From: Clostridiales bacterium
GTDB taxonomy: Bacteria; Bacillota; Clostridia; Saccharofermentanales; Saccharofermentanaceae
Direction of reading: 5' to 3'
NCBI GenBank assembly: GCA_017513085.1
Contig: JAFWDK010000009.1
Coordinates: 32,001 to 96,000 of the forward strand
DNA: 64,000 nucleotides
Position 1 is the first letter of the stretch. Each line of letters starts with the position of its first letter. Below the pieces are notes generated by a model. The model ran no database searches and had not been told where the DNA came from. It was given only the letters and a program-made list of their open reading frames with translations. Made by a program: the position numbers and the translations under genes. This document shows positions 39,503-47,357 of this stretch, in pieces.

Positions 39503-40921
39503 TTATGTTGCGCTTGTGGCCAGGACTCCCGGCAGTACTTCGTCACCGACTTGTACCGGTGCATCGAGGATCGTGTGATGGATCTTTGCTGCCAGTTCGA
39601 AGAGTTTCTCTTTCGGGATCTCGCCTTTGGATTTTACACTGATACGTCCGATATGTCCGTCTTCATAACGGACACGGATCGTCGTGGTAAGCGTGCGCAT
39701 GGGGTGCGTAACTTCGGCAATCGCATATTCTTCACCACGCGGACAGGAGTTTCCGGAGACGACCGGCGGATCGCTTAAAACAACACTCAGCTGACAGCCG
39801 CGCGGACAGATGATACAGGTCATTCTTCGTACGCCGTAAGCGCCATCGTCGGAAGTTTCCGGTTTTGTTTCTTCGACAGGTTTAACGACTTTTCGAGGGA
39901 AAACCTTCGGGTTGTCGATCGCTTCTTTTGATGTTGTTTTTTTCTCTCCACCAACGAAAAGCGCTGCGGCTCTGCCGGCTTCAATCGCTTCTTTGGTAAC
40001 GTTGTCGGCGAGGTCATGCACATGGAGAACATTTCCGCAGGCAAAGATGCCGGGTACAGAAGTTTCCAGTGATCCGGAGGCGAAAGGACCGCCGGTTTTC
40101 GGATCGATCACAAGTCCGGCTTTTCTGGATAACTCGTTTTCCGGGATCAAACCACAGGAGAGAAGAAGTGTATCACATTCGATCTCGCGTTCTGTACCGG
40201 GGATCGGTGTATAGTTTTCATCCACTTCGGAAACAGTAATCCCGGTTAGCCGCTCCTTACCATGAATAGCCGTAACCGTCTGACGAAGATAAAGCGGAAT
40301 ACCATAGTCTTCCAGACACTGTGTGATATTACGGGCAAGACCGCCGGGCTGTGGAGCGATCTCAATACAAGCCAGAACTCTCGCACCTTCTAAGACCATA
40401 CGTCTTGCCATGATAAGTCCGATATCGCCGGACCCTAAGATCACGACTTTGCGGCCAACCATGTAGCCATCGATATTCACATAGTGCTGAGCCAGACCTG
40501 CAGTCATGACACCGGCGGGACGGGTACCCGGGATGGCCAGTGCGCCGCGTGCTTTTTCACGGCAGCCCATCGCGAGTATGATCGCCTTGGCAGAGATTTC
40601 AAAATAGCCATCTTTTTTGTTCATGGCGTAGATCGTCTTATCCGGCGTGATCTCCATGACAAATGTATCGAGAAGTATTTCGACGCCGGAAGCGGTCTCT
40701 TGCAGTTCAACCATGGCGCGGTATGCGTATTCCGGACCGGTCAGTTCTTCGCCGAAATGCGCCAGCCCGAATCCGTTGTGGATGCACTGATTGAGGATGC
40801 CTCCAAGTCTGGTTTCACGTTCGATAAGAAGTACGGAATGACAGCCGTTTTCGTAAGCACTCTTGGCAGCCGCGAGGCCGGCCGGGCCTCCGCCGATTAC
40901 AACGATATCGTAAGATCTCAT
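39503..40921 (-). CDS. FAD/NAD oxidoreductase fused to a C-terminal DUF1667 (CxxC) domain
   Basis: GGGPAG, GGILNQCIHNGFG, GSGDIG and CGNVLHVHD; C-terminus MTCIICPRGC..GNSCPRG..HPMRTLTTT. Confidence 0.85.
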   Translation of the reverse strand: MRSYDIVVIGGGPAGLAAAKSAYENGCHSVLLIERETRLGGILNQCIHNGFGLAHFGEELTGPEYAYRAMVELQETASGVEILLDTFVMEITPDKTIYAMNKKDGYFEISAKAIILAMGCREKARGALAIPGTRPAGVMTAGLAQHYVNIDGYMVGRKVVILGSGDIGLIMARRMVLEGARVLACIEIAPQPGGLARNITQCLEDYGIPLYLRQTVTAIHGKERLTGITVSEVDENYTPIPGTEREIECDTLLLSCGLIPENELSRKAGLVIDPKTGGPFASGSLETSVPGIFACGNVLHVHDLADNVTKEAIEAGRAAALFVGGEKKTTSKEAIDNPKVFPRKVVKPVEETKPETSDDGAYGVRRMTCIICPRGCQLSVVLSDPPVVSGNSCPRGEEYAIAEVTHPMRTLTTTIRVRYEDGHIGRISVKSKGEIPKEKLFELAAKIHHTILDAPVQVGDEVLPGVLATSAT

Positions 40922-42402
40922 GATTCCACCTCCGTTTGGCGAGTGAAGAACAGGTTTGAACCCTCAGCATCCTGTAAGATGGACAGATATGTGGGGGGCA
41001 GCTTTTTGCTTCCGCAGGGGCAGGCGGATGACTCTGATTGAGCAATCATCATTTCCACGATCCTGGGTCCGCAGAAACCACCCTGACAGCGTCCCATGCC
41101 GGTGCCGGCACGACGTTTCACGGCGTCAAGAGAACAAGGCGGAATCGGACTTTCCAGCGCATCACGGATCTCGCCTTCGGTCACTCCCTCACAGCGGCAC
41201 ACGATACGGCCATATGCAGGATCGGATGCCACAAGTTTTGCTCGTTCTTCGTTGCTCATGTCACGGAAATGGATCTTCTTTCTGGTCATGTCATAGCCAA
41301 CTTTCTTTTCAGTAAGCACGACACCATTTGATTTAAGGAGTTCGACCATATACGGCCCGATCGCGGGACTGCTGGCAAGCCCCGGAGATTTGATTCCCGC
41401 TGCTTCGAAGATGCCTTTGTTTCCCGGGATCTCACGAATGATGAAATCATCGGCTGTGGAGTTGGCGCGTATGCCCGAGAAGTTTCGGACATTGTCCCGC
41501 CAGGAGATATTGCCGACCGAACGGGCAGCCTTGGATTTGATTTCAGCAAGCTTAGCCGAAGTGGTTGCCGTATCTTCAATGTCTTCTTTCAGCACCTCGG
41601 AAGTCGGACCGCAGATCATGTTTCCGTGAACAGTCGGTGCGACGAGTACGCCTTTTCCGAGTTCGTTCGGACACTGGAAAATGACATGACTGACTTTGCC
41701 GCCTTCAGACTTATCGAGGAGGAAATACTCGCCACGTGTCGGTACGATCTGAAAATCAGGCTTGGCGATAAGCCCGTGTACGGTGTCGGCCTGGATTCCG
41801 CAGGCGAGGATCACGATGGATGCTTCGAACGTACCTTTCGAAGTTTCGATGATGTAAGTATCCTTTTCTTGAACAATGCCGGTGACTTCGGCATTGCTTT
41901 CAAAAATTCCGCCGTTTCTCACAAAAACTTCCGCCTGGGCGAGACAGAGTTCCCAAGGGTTAACAATGCCGGCAGAAGGAGCGTACAGCGCAGCGACTGC
42001 TTCCTCGCCGATCTCTGGCTCTAGTTTGCGCAGTTCAGCCGCATCAAGAATACGAAGATCCGGCACGCCATTTTTCACGCCACGTTCAAAAAGCTCCTGA
42101 AGCGTCGACTTCTCCTCCTCGGAAAATGCAAGAACGAGGGATCCGCAGCGCTTGAAAGGTACGGAAAGATCTGAGCAAAGCTTTTCGCAAAGACGGTTGC
42201 CCTCGACGTTGAGTCTAGCCATGAGGGTGCCCGGCCTGGGATCATAGCCGGCGTGTATGATGGCGCTGTTGGCGCGTGTAGCGCCCATAGCCACATCGTT
42301 ATTCTTATCAAGCAAAAGAACAGAAACATCGTAGGGAATAAGGCTGTAGGCAATCGATGTGCCTACAACTCCGGCACCAACGATAACGATATCGTATTTC
42401 AT
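40918..42402 (-). CDS. GlpA/LhgO-like FAD-dependent oxidoreductase with a BFD-like [2Fe-2S] domain
   Basis: GAGVVG, ANSAIIHAGYD, GIKSPGL and CRCEGVTEGE...GMGRCQGGFC; RBS GAGGTG. Confidence 0.88.
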   Translation of the reverse strand: MKYDIVIVGAGVVGTSIAYSLIPYDVSVLLLDKNNDVAMGATRANSAIIHAGYDPRPGTLMARLNVEGNRLCEKLCSDLSVPFKRCGSLVLAFSEEEKSTLQELFERGVKNGVPDLRILDAAELRKLEPEIGEEAVAALYAPSAGIVNPWELCLAQAEVFVRNGGIFESNAEVTGIVQEKDTYIIETSKGTFEASIVILACGIQADTVHGLIAKPDFQIVPTRGEYFLLDKSEGGKVSHVIFQCPNELGKGVLVAPTVHGNMICGPTSEVLKEDIEDTATTSAKLAEIKSKAARSVGNISWRDNVRNFSGIRANSTADDFIIREIPGNKGIFEAAGIKSPGLASSPAIGPYMVELLKSNGVVLTEKKVGYDMTRKKIHFRDMSNEERAKLVASDPAYGRIVCRCEGVTEGEIRDALESPIPPCSLDAVKRRAGTGMGRCQGGFCGPRIVEMMIAQSESSACPCGSKKLPPTYLSILQDAEGSNLFFTRQTEVES

Positions 42403-42512
42403 AAGCCACCTCTTTCTCGAGCTATGGTACGGCTTGTGGTGGAAATCGTACGGCTCGGAATGTCTTAGTTCTATTTTACTATACATTTGCCGTCCCGTAT
42501 AAGACGGGGAAA

Positions 42513-42541
42513 TTGACATATCAGGGGCAATTCATTATACT
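42513..42541 (+). promoter_or_regulatory. sigmaA promoter of proS
   Basis: TTGACA-N17-TATACT. Confidence 0.75.
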
Positions 42542-42597
42542 TTTGTGTGCTATATATTTATATTGCGCGCGTGTGCGTGCTGAGAGAGGAATCTATC

Positions 42598-44310
42598 ATG
42601 CGAGTATCTAAGCTTTTCATGTCAACACAAAGAGAAGTACCTTCTGATGCCGAGATCGTGAGCCATCAGCTCATGCTTCGTGCAGGCCTGATGCGTAAGG
42701 CCGCTGCCGGTATCTATTCATATATGCCGATGGGCTATCGTGCATACCGTAAAGTTGAGGCCATTGTCCGTGAGGAGATGGACCGTGCTGGTGCTCAGGA
42801 GCTTATCATGCCGGCGATTCTTCCGGCTGAGACCTACATGGCTTCCGGCCGCTGGGAAAAGTTCGGTCCGGAAATGTTCCGTCTGAAGGATCGCGGCGGA
42901 CGCCAGTTCTGCCTGGGTCCGACGCATGAAGAGCCTTTCACAGAAGCAGTCAGAGATACGATCCGTTCCTATCGTAACCTGCCGGTGACACTTTATCAGA
43001 TCCAGCACAAGTATCGTGACGAGAAACGCCCGAGATTCGGTGTTGTCCGTTCCCGTGAGTTTGTCATGAAGGATGCATACAGCTTCGATGTTGACGAGGC
43101 AGGTCTCGATAAGTCCTACCTCATCATGAAGGATGCATACTGCAAGATCTTTGACCGTTGTAACCTCGACTACATCCTCGTTGATGCCGATTCCGGCGCG
43201 ATGGGTGGTTCCGGTTCCCAGGAATTCATGGTAAAGTCCGCTGTCGGTGAAGATGCGATCGCATACTGCCCGGATTGTGATTATGCCGCAAACGAGGAGA
43301 AAGCACCGTGCCCGGAACTTCCGAAGGCCGAGGGATTTGAGATGCTTCCGATCGAGAAGATCGAGACACCTCATGTAAAGACCATCGAAGAACTCATGGA
43401 GTTCATGCACTCCGAGCCGACTGCTTTTGCCAAGACGATTCTTTACAATATCGATGGCAAGATCGTTGCCGTTATGGTCAGAGGTGACCGTGAGATCAAT
43501 GAGACCAAGCTGGGTAACCTCTTTGACGCCACCGAGATGAACCTCGCTTCTTTTGAAGAAGTTGAGCGTGTGACCGGTGCAGCGGTTGGCTTTGCCGGCC
43601 CTGTCGGTCTGAAAGAAAAGGTTGAAGTGATCGCAGACTATGAAGTTGCTGCAATGCAGAACTTTATTGTTGGTGCGAATGAGACAGACTACCACTTTAA
43701 GAATGTCAACTTCGGCCGTGACTTTACTCCGGATCGTGTTGTGGATGTCCGCTGTGCGGTAGAAGGTGATCCGTGTCCGAAGTGCGGAAAACCTTTGGCA
43801 ATGTGCAGAGGTATTGAAGTTGGTCATATCTTCAAGCTCGGCACCAAGTATTCCGACGCACTCCACTGTATCTATCTCGACAAGGACGGCAAAGAGAACT
43901 CCATGATCATGGGCTGCTATGGTATCGGTGTTTCCAGAACTCTGGCAGCAATTATCGAACAGCACTACGATGAGAATGGTATCATCTGGCCGATGTCGGT
44001 GGCTCCGTATCAGGTCATCATTGTTCCGACAACCTCGCAGGATGAGACTGTCGTGAAGATGGCGGAAGAGATCCACGATGCACTCGAAAAAGCCGGTGCA
44101 GAGGTGCTGATCGATGACAGAGAAGAGCGCGCCGGTGTCAAGTTTAAGGATGCGGACCTTATCGGAATTCCGGTCCGTATTACGGTTGGACGTAAGGCAG
44201 CAGAAGGCAAAGTCGAGTATAAACTCCGTGCCGGTTCTGAAGTCGTGGAGATGACTGCGGACGAAGCGATCGCCGCTGCACTCAAAGAGATTGAGACTGC
44301 AAAGGCTTGA
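42598..44310 (+). CDS. proS: Proline-tRNA ligase (bacterial type, with editing insertion)
   Basis: [36 protein letters not shown] and MGCYGIG. Confidence 0.98.
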   Translation: MRVSKLFMSTQREVPSDAEIVSHQLMLRAGLMRKAAAGIYSYMPMGYRAYRKVEAIVREEMDRAGAQELIMPAILPAETYMASGRWEKFGPEMFRLKDRGGRQFCLGPTHEEPFTEAVRDTIRSYRNLPVTLYQIQHKYRDEKRPRFGVVRSREFVMKDAYSFDVDEAGLDKSYLIMKDAYCKIFDRCNLDYILVDADSGAMGGSGSQEFMVKSAVGEDAIAYCPDCDYAANEEKAPCPELPKAEGFEMLPIEKIETPHVKTIEELMEFMHSEPTAFAKTILYNIDGKIVAVMVRGDREINETKLGNLFDATEMNLASFEEVERVTGAAVGFAGPVGLKEKVEVIADYEVAAMQNFIVGANETDYHFKNVNFGRDFTPDRVVDVRCAVEGDPCPKCGKPLAMCRGIEVGHIFKLGTKYSDALHCIYLDKDGKENSMIMGCYGIGVSRTLAAIIEQHYDENGIIWPMSVAPYQVIIVPTTSQDETVVKMAEEIHDALEKAGAEVLIDDREERAGVKFKDADLIGIPVRITVGRKAAEGKVEYKLRAGSEVVEMTADEAIAAALKEIETAKA

Positions 44311-44343
44311 TTTTATATCGTTTAACATATGAGTTCACAGGAG

Positions 44344-44374
44344 GGGGCGTCTTACAAAATAGGACGTCCCTTTC
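44344..44374 (+). terminator. Terminator after proS
   Basis: GGGGCGTCTTA/TAGGACGTCCC followed by TTTCT. Confidence 0.6.
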
Positions 44375-44458
44375 TGATTCTTGAAATTTTTTTGGAAAAT
44401 CTTGTAACGAATCTGTTTTTTTCTGCATACACATACGAGAAGCAAAGGAGGTGAGAAG

Positions 44459-44735
44459 TTGCAGTCTTTTGATGAAATCTATCAGCAATACGCACAGACC
44501 GTGTACAAATATCTTTTGTCACTGACCTATCAGAGCGATCTTTCTGAGGAACTAATACAGGAGACGTTCTATCAGGCGCTAAGAACAATTGACCGTTACG
44601 ACGGGAAATGCAGGATCTCTACATGGCTTTGCGGGATTGCCAAGAATGTGCTTCTTACCTACAGGCGCAAGCATCCGCAACACGAGGATATCGATGACCT
44701 GGCCATCCCCGTGGAATCTTCGGAACAGGATCTGG
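44459..44735 (+). pseudogene. ECF sigma factor, region 2 only (truncated)
   Basis: RBS AAGGAGG with TTG start; FDEIYQQY..VYKYLL..SEELIQETFYQA..ISTWLCGIAKN. Similarity ends at ESSEQD; no region 4 HTH. Confidence 0.8.
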
Positions 44736-45200
44736 CTGATCACGGCAGGAGAGACAGGAAGGATCGTCTGGATGGAAGACGAGCCAATCTACGATCGTAC
44801 CTGGGATGTGTGGTCAACGAAGCACATGTACGTTGGTGATATGTCTGCGAATTCCCGTACGGCAAAAGCACTTCTGCTGTCTGAGAAGATAGGCCTTTTT
44901 ACAAATGAACTGCAAACAGAGGAAGAGCCCTATGGCTGGACGATCCTTTTCAGCGAGCCTTTGGATGCAAGTTACGAGAAGTATTATCTTTCCGAAATGA
45001 GAAAGGCGGGCTATGAAATGATTGCGCTGGTCCAAAATCTGGATCATGTGACTTTCCGATACACGATCGATGGCGAGGAATTAGAAGACACATACTTCGC
45101 AGAGGATGCATCGAAGGGATTCGGCCAGGATGTGAAGAACTGCTGGACTAGCGTGAAACTCTTCCAGAATTATGTGCACTGGCTCGATACATCAGATTAA
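44727..45200 (+). pseudogene. C-terminal fragment of a DUF4825-like anti-sigma extracellular domain
   Basis: In the +1 frame: RIVW..HMYVGDMSA..FTNELQTEEEPYGWT..IALVQNLDHVTF. No own start, zinc finger or TM helix. Confidence 0.65.
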
Positions 45201-45323
45201 AGCGTTCCCTATTGGAGTCGGTTACAGATCTGTCATCCGATCCTGCCCGAGACGATATATAATGTTTATGGTGGATGAAGGGGAGGAGATGGCTGCCTTC
45301 CCGAATAAAGGGTGGAGTAGGAA

Positions 45324-46031
45324 ATGAATACGAGAAACAAATTGTTGTCGGTGTTTGTCGCCGTTATGGTATTGGGGAGCATGGCTTTGAGCGGATGCTC
45401 GATCTTTTCGAAGAAACCGTCATATTCCGTAAAAGACGCGATTGCATATATGGAAGACCGGTATGACGATAAGTTTACCTATTTTGAGGATTACGATGAT
45501 CACCAACCGACGGGAGCTTCGTACGATCTGTACCTGAAAAGCAGGAAGTACCCGGATGAGAAAGTCTATCTTCGTATCATAAGAAACGGGAACGGATTCC
45601 GCTATGTGGACAACTATATATCCGTAAAGTTTTATGACGAGACACGTGAAGCGATCGAAGACATCGCCGCTGCCGTCTATGGAAGCGAATTCAACCTGAT
45701 CTATGATCCGGGAATATCTTCTGCGATGAGTTCTACATGCGATCCGAATATGTCTTTGGAAGAATTCTGGCTGGAAAGAGAGGCAGATCTTTCTTGCTGT
45801 TTGAAGATTGATCCGGATCATGGTGAAGCAAACTCGGAAGCCGAACTCGACCGGATAGAAGAACTGATCAAAGAAAAGAAGATCAGTATCCGATTCTCGA
45901 TCTACTATACGGTAGATCAGGATTTCTATGAAGATACGAAAAACAGCACTGCGAAATGGAATGAATACAGCACGCACATGATTATCGGGATCGGCCCGGA
46001 TATGAAAACAGAAATAAAGAAGCGGAGTTGA
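45324..46031 (+). CDS. Hypothetical lipoprotein
   Basis: Lipobox LSGC; YMEDRYDDKF and YVDNY motifs. Confidence 0.75.
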   Translation: MNTRNKLLSVFVAVMVLGSMALSGCSIFSKKPSYSVKDAIAYMEDRYDDKFTYFEDYDDHQPTGASYDLYLKSRKYPDEKVYLRIIRNGNGFRYVDNYISVKFYDETREAIEDIAAAVYGSEFNLIYDPGISSAMSSTCDPNMSLEEFWLEREADLSCCLKIDPDHGEANSEAELDRIEELIKEKKISIRFSIYYTVDQDFYEDTKNSTAKWNEYSTHMIIGIGPDMKTEIKKRS

Positions 46032-46048
46032 CTCCGCTTCTTTTTTCT
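46016..46048. terminator. Bidirectional terminator
   Basis: AAAGAAGCGGAG-TTGA-CTCCGCTTCTTTTTT between convergent genes. Confidence 0.85.
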
Positions 46049-46072
46049 GGTGTTCGGTTGTAGAGGGAGCAC

Positions 46073-46951
46073 TCAGTTTTCTTCGTGCGGAAGACGTGTC
46101 GGGGAGGCAAGATTCTTGTTTTTGGCTTCCTCGAGAAGACGGGCGAGTTCTTCTTCAGTATGCTCGATAGGAAGAGAAGAGCCCTGCTTGGTCTTAACGT
46201 CCTTCGGAAATGCCTTGTGGAAGTTTTCTTTTCTGTATTCTTCCGGCGTTTGTCCGGTCTGCTTCTTGAATGCCTGGATGAAGTGGCTCTGTGTCGAGAA
46301 GGAAAGGAACTGGGAGATGCTCAGGCAGGAATAATCGGAATGCTTGAGCATGTGCTTGGCCGCATCGATCTTTTTGATTCGGATAAAATCACTGACGGAT
46401 ACGCCGGTCTCTTTTTTGAAAAGCTTGGAAAAGTAAGCATCGTTTAAGCCAAGATATTCGGACAGATCCGGTACGAGGATACGATCCTGCAAGTGGCTGT
46501 AAATGTACTCAATGGCGCGCACGACATGCTTACTGAAGATGTTATCGAGTCGAAGCGCACGCATGCGTGTGCAATAATCCTGGATGCACTGCTGCTGGAT
46601 CTCATCAAGCTGGTTGGTGTTGGTGGCAGCATCACACTTTTGGATGTAGATATCACTTAAAGAATATGAGGTTTCCACATCCATACCATAGTTGATGCAG
46701 TAACGTGAGATCATGGCAATGGATATGATCAAGTGATACCGCACGTTACGCAATCTGTCAGGAGAGAGTGTGCCGACACCGCGAAGTTCGGAGATATGGT
46801 ACTCGCGAACCTGTCTCATAACTTCTTCCACCTCGCCGGTAGCTACAAGATCGTAAAAGTCAAATTCGTGTTCATAGGAGGAGCGTACCATCAGGCGCTC
46901 ACGTTGCATAAAAAGCAGCCGCTGCAGTTCTTTGTTTACATCATTATCCAT
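46073..46951 (-). CDS. AraC-family transcriptional regulator
   Basis: N-domain LSPDRLRNVRYH..ISRYC..SYSLSDIYI; double HTH YFSKLFKKETG...FSTQSHFIQAFKKQTGQTP; start MDNDV after GAGGG. Confidence 0.92.
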   Translation of the reverse strand: MDNDVNKELQRLLFMQRERLMVRSSYEHEFDFYDLVATGEVEEVMRQVREYHISELRGVGTLSPDRLRNVRYHLIISIAMISRYCINYGMDVETSYSLSDIYIQKCDAATNTNQLDEIQQQCIQDYCTRMRALRLDNIFSKHVVRAIEYIYSHLQDRILVPDLSEYLGLNDAYFSKLFKKETGVSVSDFIRIKKIDAAKHMLKHSDYSCLSISQFLSFSTQSHFIQAFKKQTGQTPEEYRKENFHKAFPKDVKTKQGSSLPIEHTEEELARLLEEAKNKNLASPTRLPHEEN

Positions 46952-47077
46952 GTTCAGACCCTCACTTTGACATAGATTCATCCCCGTAGTACGTTTTGAA
47001 ACAAACTTACGTCATTATTATGACATAAAGTGCAAAAATTTGGTATCGTTATTTCTGAAATAGTATAGAATATACTC

Positions 47078-47262
47078 AAGTGGGGGATGTGTGAATAGAC
47101 AACCCCAATGCCTCCGTTAGTGAAAGTTTGCCATCTTTCAGACGCACACTACCCTAACCCCCACGCTGACAACATCTTGCACTTCCACATGACACACAGA
47201 TTTAGTTGCAAGAACCTACTCGATGGAAACCCCGCTATCCTGATGGTGGGGTCCATTTTTTG
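47078..47262 (+). ncRNA. Candidate trans-acting small RNA (~185 nt)
   Basis: -10 TAGAAT at 47066-47071; nested stems; terminator with plus-strand G-U pairs and a U-run at 47223-47262; no credible ORF or RBS. Confidence 0.6.
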
Positions 47263-47357
47263 TCCGGAGCTTCTCAAATATTGTTTTGTTAAACAAAATT
47301 ATAAACTTGAATTAAGCAATTGATTAATAGCAGACAATAATTTCGACATGAAATCGA

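Noticed and set aside
42542-42597. T-box leader for proS
   Set aside because: The leader is only about 50 nt and lacks a GGTGGxACC motif.
44720-44740. Programmed frameshift joining the sigma and DUF4825 frames
   Set aside because: No slippery run or stimulatory structure is visible, and essential parts of both proteins are missing, so deletion is more parsimonious.
47100-47255. Possible c-di-GMP-I (GEMM) riboswitch fragments (GGCAAAC, GACGCA, TAGCGGGGTT)
   Set aside because: The fragments fall on different strands or in the wrong order, so the aptamer cannot be assembled.
47284-47298. TTTTGTT-A-AACAAAA palindrome as an XylR-like operator
   Set aside because: It sits in an AT-rich context downstream of feoB with no gene to regulate, and the spacing differs from xylO.
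47108-47323. 71-aa ORF in the AraC-feoB gap
   Set aside because: No SD, it runs through the terminator hairpin, and it has no protein-like motif. The RNA interpretation fits better.
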